From Nanobdellota archaeon (GTDB taxonomy: Archaea > Aenigmatarchaeota > Aenigmatarchaeia > QMZP01): DNA of 52,704 bases. Where the stretch lies: positions 1 to 52,704 of the forward strand of contig JBDRJQ010000035.1 of NCBI GenBank assembly GCA_043814765.1. The letters are read 5' to 3'. Below, piece after piece: positions 9,825 through 18,110 of the stretch (positions within the stretch are counted from its first letter, which is position 1; each line of letters begins with the position of its first letter). The position numbers and the translations under genes are program-made. The notes under the pieces are model-generated. The model made no database searches. It saw nothing but the letters and a program-made list of their open reading frames with translations, and had not been told where the DNA came from.

Positions 9825-10329
9825 GCTGACCTAATATTTTTATTGGAACTCCGCCCACAAAAGAGTTTTTTGGTACGCTCTTGTTTACAAGAGAGTAAGC
9901 TGCAATAGTCGAATTATCGCCGATTTTAACGCCAGGAATTACCAAAACCATTGTTCCTATTAGGACGTTTTTACCTATTTTAATGCCTCCATTATGCCAT
10001 TCGTTCTGCAGGAACTCGTGTGTTATGAACATATTGCTCTGTCCTATTATTGTGTTGTCGCCTATCTCTATCAGCTCAGGAAAAAATATATCAAAGTTGC
10101 TTCCGAATATAGAAACATTTTTACCTATCTTCATACCTATTCTGCGATACAGTTTGTTTTTGAATTCTGAGGCAGGAAGACGCTTGCATAAATTTATGAT
10201 AAGGAAATTTCTCATAATTATAGGAGTGCTTCTTATTTTGCGCCACCTTCTAAGCTCGGTCTCACTTCCAGCGTACTTGAACGCGTGAATCATTCTTTTC
10301 ATCAATTGTGTCGGTTTTGTAGTTTTCAT
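9808..10329 (-). CDS. Hexapeptide-repeat acyltransferase
   Basis: IEIGDNTIIG, IKIGKNVLIG, VKIGDNSTIA and VGGVP motifs. Start re-assigned to ATG 10329, just after the stop of the upstream small ORF. Confidence 0.85.
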   Translation of the reverse strand: MKTTKPTQLMKRMIHAFKYAGSETELRRWRKIRSTPIIMRNFLIINLCKRLPASEFKNKLYRRIGMKIGKNVSIFGSNFDIFFPELIEIGDNTIIGQSNMFITHEFLQNEWHNGGIKIGKNVLIGTMVLVIPGVKIGDNSTIAAYSLVNKSVPKNSFVGGVPIKILGQHAEEN

Positions 10330-10331
10330 AA

Positions 10332-10532
10332 TTATCCCGTAGACGAGCTGTATTCTGATGGCTGGTTCATCCACCAGCACCAATAACCAATTTCCTCAAG
10401 TTCTTTTTGCCTTTTTTCCTCTTCCAGATAGAAAATACAACTATTATATCCATTATTGCAAAGACGGTACCTGCATGGACCTGCATCTAGAATTTCATCG
10501 CACTGGCCTATGTATGGACACACAGAACCCAT
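10332..10532 (-). CDS. Small Cys-rich hypothetical protein
   Basis: 66 aa with five Cys in the N-terminal half; stop lies 2 nt before the acyltransferase ATG. Confidence 0.5.
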   Translation of the reverse strand: MGSVCPYIGQCDEILDAGPCRYRLCNNGYNSCIFYLEEEKRQKELEEIGYWCWWMNQPSEYSSSTG

Positions 10533-10565
10533 GTTTAATAATTGTATCAGACAAATAAAAAATAG

Positions 10566-10627
10566 AAAATCAGATTGCCCGTCATAATCATCTGCCGAGG
10601 CTCATACAACTAGCTTTCATCATCTGC
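10566..10627 (-). ncRNA. Box C/D guide sRNA; D guide predicted for 16S C1402 (E. coli numbering)
   Basis: C ATGATGA (10623-10617), 11-nt guide, D' ATGA, C' ATGATTA, 11-nt guide TGACGGGCAAT, D CTGA (10573-10570). The guide is complementary to the conserved GCCCGUCA. Confidence 0.85.
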
Positions 10628-10665
10628 TTTAGAATTGACTTTTGTGTTTATATACTAATTTCTAG

Positions 10666-10799
10666 TGGACCCGGGGGGATTTGAACCCCCAGCCTCTTGC
10701 ATTTCGTAAACCTCTGGAAGCGTAAGCTCCTTTTGGATTAAACCTTTTCTTGAAAAAGGTTTATGCCGAGCAAGTGATCTACCGTTGATCTACAGGCCC
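10666..10799 (-). tRNA. tRNA-Ala(GGC) with a 62-nt intron at 37/38 (10702-10763); C at position 33
   Basis: G3:U70 acceptor pair, CTTGC/GCAAG anticodon stem, GTTCAAAT T-loop, BHB-like junction. Confidence 0.88.
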
Positions 10800-10839
10800 A
10801 TGTAAAGAAATATGTTGAATAGTATTAAAATAGAAGCAA

Positions 10840-10912
10840 TGGGTCCGGCAGGATTTGAACCTGCGACCCCCGCCTTGTAAGGGCGGTGTCATAACCACTA
10901 GACCACGGACCC
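10840..10912 (-). tRNA. tRNA-Val(TAC), intronless
   Basis: GGGTCCG/CGGACCC-A acceptor; CCGCC-CT-TAC-AA-GGCGG. Confidence 0.97.
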
Positions 10913-10922
10913 GGGATGCTGA

Positions 10923-10948
10923 GACGACTATATTCAGTATAAGTCGTC
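10923..10948 (-). repeat. tRNA-leader hairpin (family B)
   Basis: GACGACT-N12-AGTCGTC ending 10 nt upstream of tRNA-Val(TAC). Confidence 0.65.
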
Positions 10949-10991
10949 AACCATGATATAACAATTCAATATAATGATATAAATATATCGA

Positions 10992-11237
10992 TTATATTAT
11001 GAAAACACAGCTAGGCATAGTGATCATGCACATTCCTCTAATAAATGTCCTCACTATCCTTAAAACAAAAAAATCATTGCCAGACAGATAAAGTTTTTCT
11101 CCCTGCATGCCCATTACAAGCGGCTCGAAAGCGTCACCAGCACTGCCCACCTTGAAAAGAAATCCCATAAGCACTATTAGTACGATGAATATAAGCATTA
11201 AGATTACTCCGCCAAAATAACCTGAAACAATACCCAT
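10992..11237 (-). CDS. Small hypothetical membrane protein
   Basis: N-terminal TM helix; co-oriented downstream of the MazG-like gene. Confidence 0.5.
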   Translation of the reverse strand: MGIVSGYFGGVILMLIFIVLIVLMGFLFKVGSAGDAFEPLVMGMQGEKLYLSGNDFFVLRIVRTFIRGMCMITMPSCVFII

Positions 11238-11266
11238 AGAAGATAATTGTTTTTCAGAGATAAAAA

Positions 11267-11578
11267 CTATCTCATGTGAAATCCGCCTTTTGCAAGTCTT
11301 TCATTAACTTTCTCAAATTTATCCAAAATAACTTTCTTTGGATCAACTCCAAGTTCAGAAAGCAAAAGAAATGCATAGGTTATTACATCAGCAGCTTCCT
11401 CAGCCATGTCTTCCTTTTCAAGTGGAAAGTCACCTCTTTTTATTTTTTTCAATTTGTTTAACAGCTCTCCGCATTCACCACTCATTGCTATTAGGAAGTA
11501 TTCCCAATTGAACCTACTGTCTTTATCGTTAAGTTTTGCGCGGTCATGGTTCATCTTTGCGAAATCATTAATGTCCAT
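11267..11578 (-). CDS. MazG-like nucleotide pyrophosphohydrolase
   Basis: SGECGELLNKLKK and EEAADVITY motifs. Start re-assigned to ATG 11578 because the longer ORF runs through a repeat and a tRNA. Confidence 0.85.
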   Translation of the reverse strand: MDINDFAKMNHDRAKLNDKDSRFNWEYFLIAMSGECGELLNKLKKIKRGDFPLEKEDMAEEAADVITYAFLLLSELGVDPKKVILDKFEKVNERLAKGGFHMR

Positions 11579-11580
11579 AT

Positions 11581-11636
11581 TTACCTCAGGAAGCGTTAGC
11601 TCCTTTTTGTTTAATCTTTTTCTTGAAAAAAGATTA
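11581..11636 (-). repeat. Extragenic copy of intron repeat family A in the 3' trailer of tRNA-Ser(GCT)
   Basis: TAATCTTTTTTCAAGAAAAAGATTAAACAAAAAGGAGCTAACGCTTCCTGAGG, with compensatory changes relative to the Ala intron. Confidence 0.85.
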
Positions 11637-11637
11637 G

Positions 11638-11721
11638 CGTCGGGGAAGGGATTCGAACCCTCGAGTGCAGATGCACACACGGTTAGCAACCGTGCTCCTT
11701 AAGCCGCTCGGACACCCCGAC
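11638..11721 (-). tRNA. tRNA-Ser(GCT), intronless
   Basis: GTCGGGG/CCCCGAC-G acceptor, CACGG-TT-GCT-AA-CCGTG, long variable arm. Confidence 0.97.
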
Positions 11722-11804
11722 AAATTTTTCTATACTAAAGGTTTATAAGTCTTATTTTTATATTGTTTTATAGTCAGGTTTTCTATTAAAAAAGGGGTGG
11801 TTGT

Positions 11805-12110
11805 ATGGTCAAGGTTGTTAGTGTTTCAGATACATGGCAGAAAGACGTTTTCACTACATCTGGACTTTATTGCGGTAAAGTTGAAGATGTTGAGTGCGAT
11901 TTAAGGAGATTTAAGTTAAGGGCTTTAATCGTAAAAGCAGTTAAAGGCTCCTACATGACAGATATGTTGGGATCAAAAAAGGGCATGATAATTCCTTTTC
12001 CAATGGTAGAAGCAATAGGAGATGTAATACTCATAAAACACGTAACTACTCCTATGCAAGATGAAATGGTAGAGCCAATGGAATCAGAAGCTCCTAGGAA
12101 GTACAGATAA
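11805..12110 (+). CDS. PRC-barrel domain protein
   Basis: KDVFTTSGLYCGKVEDV...IIPFPMVEAIGDVILIK. Confidence 0.85.
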   Translation: MVKVVSVSDTWQKDVFTTSGLYCGKVEDVECDLRRFKLRALIVKAVKGSYMTDMLGSKKGMIIPFPMVEAIGDVILIKHVTTPMQDEMVEPMESEAPRKYR

Positions 12111-13103
12111 GATTTTAGGTTTGTCCTTTCTTACAAGGACCATATCCTCTATCCTACAGCCACCAAAACCCTTTATGTATACCCCCGGTTCCACTGTTAA
12201 TATCATACCTGACTTTAGTTCTCCGTTAAACGGTCCTTCATGCACGTTAATACCGACACCGTGACCAAACGAATGAAAAACCTGATATCCTTTTTTATTC
12301 ATCAATTTTTTGTAGTGATTATCCACGTTCTTCATGTTGACCCCTTCTGTGATTTTATCGATTACAGATTTCTGCGTATCAACAACATCCTCTAAAATCA
12401 GTCTCTGTTTTTTGTCTGGTTTTTTACAGAACATTCTTGTCATATCAGCACAATAACCGTTTACCTTAGCACCGCAGTCAATTAGAACCATATCATTTTT
12501 CTGTATCTTTTTATTTTGTGGCGTACAGTGTATGAGAGCAGTTCTCTTGCCAGAAGAAACAATTGTTTCAAATGCGTTGAGCGCTCCTCTTTCCCTGAAG
12601 CCATAATCAACATCAGCTGTTGTCTGGAACTCTGTTTTGCCACCAAACTTAATATTTTTCAAAACACTTTCAGTAACCTTTATAGCTTTGGTTATGCTGC
12701 TTATCTCAGTGCTATCCTTTATCTCACGAGGTTTTCTGGTGATATCTCCGGCAGGATAAAATCTAACGCCCTTAATATTAAGTTTTTTGTAAAGGTTTAC
12801 GCTAATGCTTCGTTCATCATATCCAATTTTCTTATGTTTAGCTATCACTTTTTTCAAATCTTTGAAATTATTTAAAAAATGAATATTTGCCGTTTTAAGA
12901 CCCTCTAAAAAATTGACAAGTGGCGATACGAACAAATCAATATTACCTGATTTTGAAATTACAAGAAATGCTCTCTCTCCCTGCAGCATCTCAGCTCCAG
13001 TGTAGTAGAGTATATTGTTTAAACTAGTAGTCAAAACAGCGTTTAAACCAGCCCTTGACATCAACATCTGTACTTCCTTTAAGCGTTTGTTGAAGGGGTT
13101 CAT
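12084..13103 (-). CDS. Xaa-Pro peptidase (M24B)
   Basis: IHCTP, LIDCG, YCADMTR, HSFGHGVG and TVEPG...RIED metal ligands. Confidence 0.92.
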   Translation of the reverse strand: MNPFNKRLKEVQMLMSRAGLNAVLTTSLNNILYYTGAEMLQGERAFLVISKSGNIDLFVSPLVNFLEGLKTANIHFLNNFKDLKKVIAKHKKIGYDERSISVNLYKKLNIKGVRFYPAGDITRKPREIKDSTEISSITKAIKVTESVLKNIKFGGKTEFQTTADVDYGFRERGALNAFETIVSSGKRTALIHCTPQNKKIQKNDMVLIDCGAKVNGYCADMTRMFCKKPDKKQRLILEDVVDTQKSVIDKITEGVNMKNVDNHYKKLMNKKGYQVFHSFGHGVGINVHEGPFNGELKSGMILTVEPGVYIKGFGGCRIEDMVLVRKDKPKILSVLPRSF

Positions 13104-13134
13104 AATATATAGTTTGTTTGAGAGTAAATAAAAC

Positions 13135-13692
13135 ATGACTCTAGAAATTTCAATGGAAATAGTTATTAAAACAAAAAAGGAGATGATTGAAAAAATAAAG
13201 TCAGGAGATGTTTTTATTTACCCGACTGATACTGTTTACGGTCTTGGCTGCGATGCAACTAATGCTCATTCAGTCCAGAGAATTAAGGATATAAAATGTT
13301 CTGATCATCCGTTTTCTGTTATAGCTCCTTCTTTAGAGTGGATAGACAAAAACCTTACCGTAAGCCACGTTGAATTCCTCAAAAGACTTCCAGGACCATA
13401 CACCTTAATAATGAAAAAGAAAAAACCAGGCGATATGATATGGGTTTCAGAAAACGACAAACTTGGCATAAGGATACCCATGCATCCGTTTACTGACATA
13501 ATTCAAGCTTCTGGAAAACCGTTTGTTACAACAAGCCTAAACATTTCCGGTAAGAAAGTTTTAACGGATCTTAAAGACCTTACAAAATCAATGGTGGAGA
13601 GCGTAGATGTCATAATAGATGCAGGACTGCTAAACAACCCTAGTTCTGAAATTTTTGATCTGTCTGGTGCTAATATTAAAAAAATAAGATAG
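13135..13692 (+). CDS. L-threonylcarbamoyladenylate synthase (SUA5/YrdC domain only)
   Basis: YPTDTVYGL, PGPYT, GIRIP and TTSLNISG motifs. Confidence 0.9.
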   Translation: MTLEISMEIVIKTKKEMIEKIKSGDVFIYPTDTVYGLGCDATNAHSVQRIKDIKCSDHPFSVIAPSLEWIDKNLTVSHVEFLKRLPGPYTLIMKKKKPGDMIWVSENDKLGIRIPMHPFTDIIQASGKPFVTTSLNISGKKVLTDLKDLTKSMVESVDVIIDAGLLNNPSSEIFDLSGANIKKIR

Positions 13693-13937
13693 CGCCGAGG
13701 ACAGGATTTCCGTTCCATGAAAGGCTTCAGCCTTCTTTTGGATTAAACCTTTTCTGAAAAAGGTTTATTTCGAACCTGCACGCCCAGAAGGGCACCAGAT
13801 CTCTCACTAGCTAAACTTTTCATATCCGCCGATCAAAGTCAAGCCAAATAATCACCTGAGTGCCAACAAAAGCTGGCATCATCATAAGATCTAGTGAAGA
13901 CTCAAGTCTGGCGCTTTAGCCATTCAGCCACCTCGGC
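13693..13937 (-). tRNA. tRNA-Ser(TGA) with two introns: 100 nt at 37/38 (13801-13900) and 62 nt at 59/60 (13707-13768)
   Basis: GCCGAGG/CCTCGGC-G acceptor, CCAGA-CT-TGA-G|A-TCTGG, long variable arm; TTCG/CGGA central helix at the T-loop BHB. Confidence 0.9.
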
Positions 13938-13981
13938 ACCATACTATGTTATTTTTAAATGATGCTATTTAAACATTCTCC

Positions 13982-14647
13982 ATGAAACGCGTTATTTTCG
14001 TGCCAACTTCTCATATAGCAGAGCAAAGTTTGATAGCTGTTCAACATGCGATAGAAAAGGAGAATCCAGATTGTGTGGCAGTTGAATTGGACAAGAACCG
14101 ATATTATACTCTAAAAAGTCAATTTAAATCTTCTAACATGGAAGCACTAAAAACGTTAGGTGTCATAACCTTTTTCATATATTTCTTCATGAAATCAATT
14201 CAATCATGGTTAGGTGCAAAGGTGGGCATCTTTCCTGGAACAGAGATGATAAGTGCAGTTGATGAATCTGTTAAAAGGAAAATACCCGTAGTCTTTATAG
14301 ATCAGGATGTAAGAGCAACTTTCTTCAAGATAAAGAACATTCCGAAAAAAGAGAAACTAAAGCTTCTATGGTTTTTGATAAAGGTTCCTGTAATTATACC
14401 ACTATCCAAGTTTTTCAAATCATCAAAGAAAATAGATCTCAGAAAAGTTCCTAGCAAAGAAATAATTAGCGAAGCAATGCAGCTTTTTGAGGATGAATTT
14501 CCTGTGTTCTACAAAATACTCGTCACAGACAGAAACATTTACATGGCGAATAATGTAAAAAAGCTATTAGAGCGATTCGATAGCATAGTTGTAGTAATCG
14601 GCGCAGGGCACTATGTTGGTATGAAAGAAATTCTTAGCAGGAACTAA
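13982..14647 (+). CDS. TraB/GumN family protein
   Basis: TSHI, VAVELD, PGTEM, FIDQD, DRNIYM and VIGAGH motifs. Confidence 0.88.
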   Translation: MKRVIFVPTSHIAEQSLIAVQHAIEKENPDCVAVELDKNRYYTLKSQFKSSNMEALKTLGVITFFIYFFMKSIQSWLGAKVGIFPGTEMISAVDESVKRKIPVVFIDQDVRATFFKIKNIPKKEKLKLLWFLIKVPVIIPLSKFFKSSKKIDLRKVPSKEIISEAMQLFEDEFPVFYKILVTDRNIYMANNVKKLLERFDSIVVVIGAGHYVGMKEILSRN

Positions 14648-15177
14648 TCTTTACCATTGCCTTCGAGAACATCAAATATCTCGTTTATGTCAGCATCAGT
14701 ATCCAAACAGCCATCTTTTTTTAGTTTTACAGTTTGGGTTGGTAGCGGTATGTTTTCAACAGCCATTGTGAGTTCTTTCAAGCAAGCGACACCAAAGACA
14801 GCTTTTGGTTTATGTTTTTTAATTAGCTTCTCAATCATTGATCCTCCAGGTACAATAAAAACTTTGTATCCCATATTTTCTGCACGTTTTGTTATTTCAG
14901 AAATTTTACACGCACCGCAATGGACACATTTATGCCCATCTTCTGTTAGAATACCTTTGCATTTTTTCGAGTTCTTTAAGCATTGTGGAAGAAATACAGC
15001 TTTGTCTTTGTTTTTAATTTTCAAGAATTTGTCTTTGTTAACAGCATTATTCACTTCTATGTAAATTTTATCAATATTCTCTTCTTCAGCACCAATAGTT
15101 TTTAGAGCAACTTTGAGGGCTTTTTTAGTACTGATGTTGGCACCAATATTTATCAATCGTTTTATTACCTTATTCAT
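14644..15177 (-). CDS. DUF116 family protein
   Basis: FLPQCLK, CVHCGAC, IVPGGS, GVAC and GCLDT motifs. Confidence 0.85.
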   Translation of the reverse strand: MNKVIKRLINIGANISTKKALKVALKTIGAEEENIDKIYIEVNNAVNKDKFLKIKNKDKAVFLPQCLKNSKKCKGILTEDGHKCVHCGACKISEITKRAENMGYKVFIVPGGSMIEKLIKKHKPKAVFGVACLKELTMAVENIPLPTQTVKLKKDGCLDTDADINEIFDVLEGNGKD

Positions 15178-15187
15178 TCAAACTACC

Positions 15188-16006
15188 TTATATTTCAATA
15201 GCCATATTTTCTAACATTGCTATCCTTTTTTCCATGGGTGGGTGAGTTGCAAACAAGTTACCAAAGCTATCCCTTTTAAATGGATTAGCTATCCACATAT
15301 GTGATGTTGCGTTAGATCCTTTGAGAGGTCTCATTTTAGCCATGGCTTCTATTTTTCTCAAAGCAGAAGCAAGACCCATGGGATTTTTTGTAAGCAGTGC
15401 TGCTTTTCTGTCAGCTTCATATTCTCTTTTTCTTGATATAGCCATTCTTACCAATAGTGCTGCTAGAGGTGCAAAAACAATCATTAATATCAATCCTAAT
15501 ACGCTACCCTCATTTCTGGAGTTTCCCATAAACATCGACCAATAACCAATATGCGCCATGTAAGCTATTGCACCAGCAACAGTTGCAGCAACTGCTGAGG
15601 TTAACATATCATTACTCTTAATATGGCCAATTTCGTGTGCCAGAACACCTTCTATCTCTTCTTCCTCAAAATTTAACAAACCGTCTGTTATAGCAACAAC
15701 AGCCTTTTGTTTACTCCTGCCTGTAGCAAAGGCGTTTGGAGCCTGTGTAGGAACAGTATATACACGAGGCTTTGGTATTTTTGCTTCATTAGCAAGTCTT
15801 TCTACGATATTATTCAAGAATTGGTTGTTGGATGGTTTTGCCTTGTACATTTTAAGAACAATTCTATCTGAATACCAGTATGAAGCAAAATTAATTATCA
15901 CAGCAAAAACCAGAGCAAAAGTCATACCAACCGGACCTGCAATTAACCAACCTATTGCTAATAAAATTGCAGTTAATGTGCCCAAAAGTATAACTGTGTT
16001 GAACAT
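15188..16006 (-). CDS. htpX: HtpX-like M48 zinc metalloprotease
   Basis: PNAFATG, HEIGH, SRKREYEAD and FATHPP motifs. Confidence 0.92.
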   Translation of the reverse strand: MFNTVILLGTLTAILLAIGWLIAGPVGMTFALVFAVIINFASYWYSDRIVLKMYKAKPSNNQFLNNIVERLANEAKIPKPRVYTVPTQAPNAFATGRSKQKAVVAITDGLLNFEEEEIEGVLAHEIGHIKSNDMLTSAVAATVAGAIAYMAHIGYWSMFMGNSRNEGSVLGLILMIVFAPLAALLVRMAISRKREYEADRKAALLTKNPMGLASALRKIEAMAKMRPLKGSNATSHMWIANPFKRDSFGNLFATHPPMEKRIAMLENMAIEI

Positions 16007-16022
16007 ATAACCAATTTTTACT

Positions 16023-16496
16023 TTACTCCCTTTTAAGCTTTATTTTAGCAATTTTTACTGTTTCCTGGACAGTTTTTCCAGTAGTATCAATTTCAATTAT
16101 TTTTTTACTCTTTTCAAGCGCCTCTTCCTTAATGACGTCCATTATCTCTGCTTCAATGTTTTCTTCAATTTTTTCCTCAAACCAATTGCGTTTTTCCATG
16201 CGTTTTCTTAATTCTCTTGGATTGCATCGCAAAATTATGACAACGTCGCAAGGCAAGTCATGAGAAAAATGTCCGTCTAGAACAATATCCTTTAACTTTC
16301 CCATTATTTCTACTTCTTCAGCAAGCCTATTCATGTCAACTATCTTACATTTTCTTTCTTTGTCATAACCTTCATAGAGATCGTTTTTTTCTGCTAACAC
16401 GTTTAAATTAACAAATTTCCAGTCTAGTTCTTTAGCCAGCAGTTTAGCTACCTCACTCTTACCTGTACCAGGCGTACCTGTGACTGCTATTATCAT
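16023..16496 (-). CDS. AK6/Fap7-type nucleoside monophosphate kinase
   Basis: VTGTPGTGKS, LDGH and KIEENIEAEI motifs. Confidence 0.85.
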   Translation of the reverse strand: MIIAVTGTPGTGKSEVAKLLAKELDWKFVNLNVLAEKNDLYEGYDKERKCKIVDMNRLAEEVEIMGKLKDIVLDGHFSHDLPCDVVIILRCNPRELRKRMEKRNWFEEKIEENIEAEIMDVIKEEALEKSKKIIEIDTTGKTVQETVKIAKIKLKRE

Positions 16497-16547
16497 ACAG
16501 ATATCTGAATAATCAATACTTAAAAAACATTCATACCATTATTTCTT

Positions 16548-17498
16548 ATGACTATTGAAATTTGGACAGAAAAATACAGGCCTAGAAAGCTAAACGATGT
16601 CATTAATCAAAAACACGTTGTTGACAGGCTTAAAGTTTGGGTAAAAGAGGGTTCTATACCGAACATGCTTTTCGCTGGTTCTGCTGGCGTTGGTAAAACA
16701 ACAGTTGCGCTTGCGCTTGCACGAGAACTTTACGGTGATAACTGGCATCACAACTTTCAGGAAACTAACGCCTCTGATGAGAGAGGAATTAATGTTGTAA
16801 GAGGCAGAATAAAGGATTTTGCTAAAATGAAACCTTTGGATGCTGATTTCAAAATAATATTTCTAGATGAAAGCGATGCTCTTACGCCAGAAGCACAGCA
16901 GGCTTTGAGGCGCACAATGGAAAAGTTTTCCAATGTCTGTCGTTTCATATTGAGTTGTAATTATTCAAGTCGCATAATTGAACCGTTACAATCTAGAACA
17001 GCAGTCTTCAGATTCAAATCACTAAAAGAGGAAGATGTGCTAAAGTATCTAGATCGGATAGTAAAACAAGAAAAAATACTTGCAGATAAAGACGGATTAA
17101 AAGCTGTTTTTGAAATATCAGGCGGAGATTTGAGAAAATCAACAAATGTTTTGCAAACTTCTGCTACCATGGGTAAAATAACAAGAGAAAATGTATATGA
17201 TGCCACTGCGCAGGCAAAACCAAAGGACATAAGAGATATGATTGATTTTGCCCTTAATGGAAATTTTCCGGGTGCAAGAGATAAGTTGTACCAACTGCTT
17301 TTACATCAAGGCCTTTCGGGAGAAGACATAATAAAAGAGATGCACAAACAGGTCTTTGAATTGCCTATTCAAGAAGGCAGTAAATTAGAGCTCATAGAGA
17401 AGATAGGAGAGTTTGAGTTTAGGCTCAATCAGGGCGGATCAGAAGAGATTCAACTAGAGGCACTTCTTGCACAATTTCTGAAAGTGGCCAAACCTTAA
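16548..17498 (+). CDS. rfcS: Replication factor C small subunit
   Basis: WTEKYRP, GSAGVGKT, NASDERG, DESD and SRT motifs; no intein. Confidence 0.96.
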   Translation: MTIEIWTEKYRPRKLNDVINQKHVVDRLKVWVKEGSIPNMLFAGSAGVGKTTVALALARELYGDNWHHNFQETNASDERGINVVRGRIKDFAKMKPLDADFKIIFLDESDALTPEAQQALRRTMEKFSNVCRFILSCNYSSRIIEPLQSRTAVFRFKSLKEEDVLKYLDRIVKQEKILADKDGLKAVFEISGGDLRKSTNVLQTSATMGKITRENVYDATAQAKPKDIRDMIDFALNGNFPGARDKLYQLLLHQGLSGEDIIKEMHKQVFELPIQEGSKLELIEKIGEFEFRLNQGGSEEIQLEALLAQFLKVAKP

Positions 17499-18036
17499 TA
17501 ATTTCTTCATATCTTTCAGGCTCAAAGAATTTTATTATTTCTAGGGACTCTGGTATTGATACAAATGTACTAACATGTTCGAGACAATAATCGTGAGAGG
17601 GTCTGTAAAAACTCCTAAAAAACGTAAACCTTTCTGGATATATTTCATCTAGAACTGTTTGTAGTGGTTGTTCTAAAACATCTTTACATACAATTTCACT
17701 AGATATTTCTAATTTTTTACATGCTTCTAAGTATGGACAGAAATTACTTGACTTTATATCTAAACCAAAAATTCCAGAATCCATATCATGATTAATAGAA
17801 ATATCATAAGAGTATTTAGGTACACCCATGTATAATTCAAAAAAAGCACGTATAAGAGGGTATACTCCAGCAACCCCATAATCACCTTTAATTTCTTCAA
17901 AATCGTTTCTATATTTATCAATCCAATTTAATCTTTTTTCGGTTACTATAAATTCCAATTCCTTTATTGGATAACGACCTAAAAGCGTAGCCTTCTCCTC
18001 TATAGCTGCTTCTTGTTGTGCTGTAAACTCTTTCAT
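17425..18036 (-). CDS. Hypothetical protein, weakly V4R/ATC-hydrolase-like
   Basis: CPYLEACK...VCKDVLEQP...YC pattern; 74-nt convergent overlap with rfcS. Confidence 0.5.
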   Translation of the reverse strand: MKEFTAQQEAAIEEKATLLGRYPIKELEFIVTEKRLNWIDKYRNDFEEIKGDYGVAGVYPLIRAFFELYMGVPKYSYDISINHDMDSGIFGLDIKSSNFCPYLEACKKLEISSEIVCKDVLEQPLQTVLDEIYPERFTFFRSFYRPSHDYCLEHVSTFVSIPESLEIIKFFEPERYEEIIKVWPLSEIVQEVPLVESLLIRPD

Positions 18037-18110
18037 AAAAATAAATTGGAAAAAAACTTTAAAGATGCGTATACGCTAATAATTTATACTTGATGTTGCA
18101 AATAGTACTT

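Noticed and set aside
11579-11689. N-terminal extension of the MazG-like ORF
   Set aside because: It runs through the repeat and tRNA-Ser(GCT); a better ATG with an SD-like site is at 11578.
11735-11748. Possible family A copy upstream of tRNA-Ser(GCT) (TTATAAACCTTTAG)
   Set aside because: Only one arm is present and it coincides with the expected TATA box.
13693-13937. tRNA-Leu(GAG) or selenocysteine tRNA reading
   Set aside because: Stem register gives anticodon TGA with G73 and a GCCG start, i.e. Ser. Sec would need TCA.
13982-14647. TraB (and the VirB11-like ATPase) as evidence of a conjugative element
   Set aside because: TraB/GumN proteins are widespread housekeeping genes, and the ATPase is pilus-type with no relaxase or VirB4 nearby.
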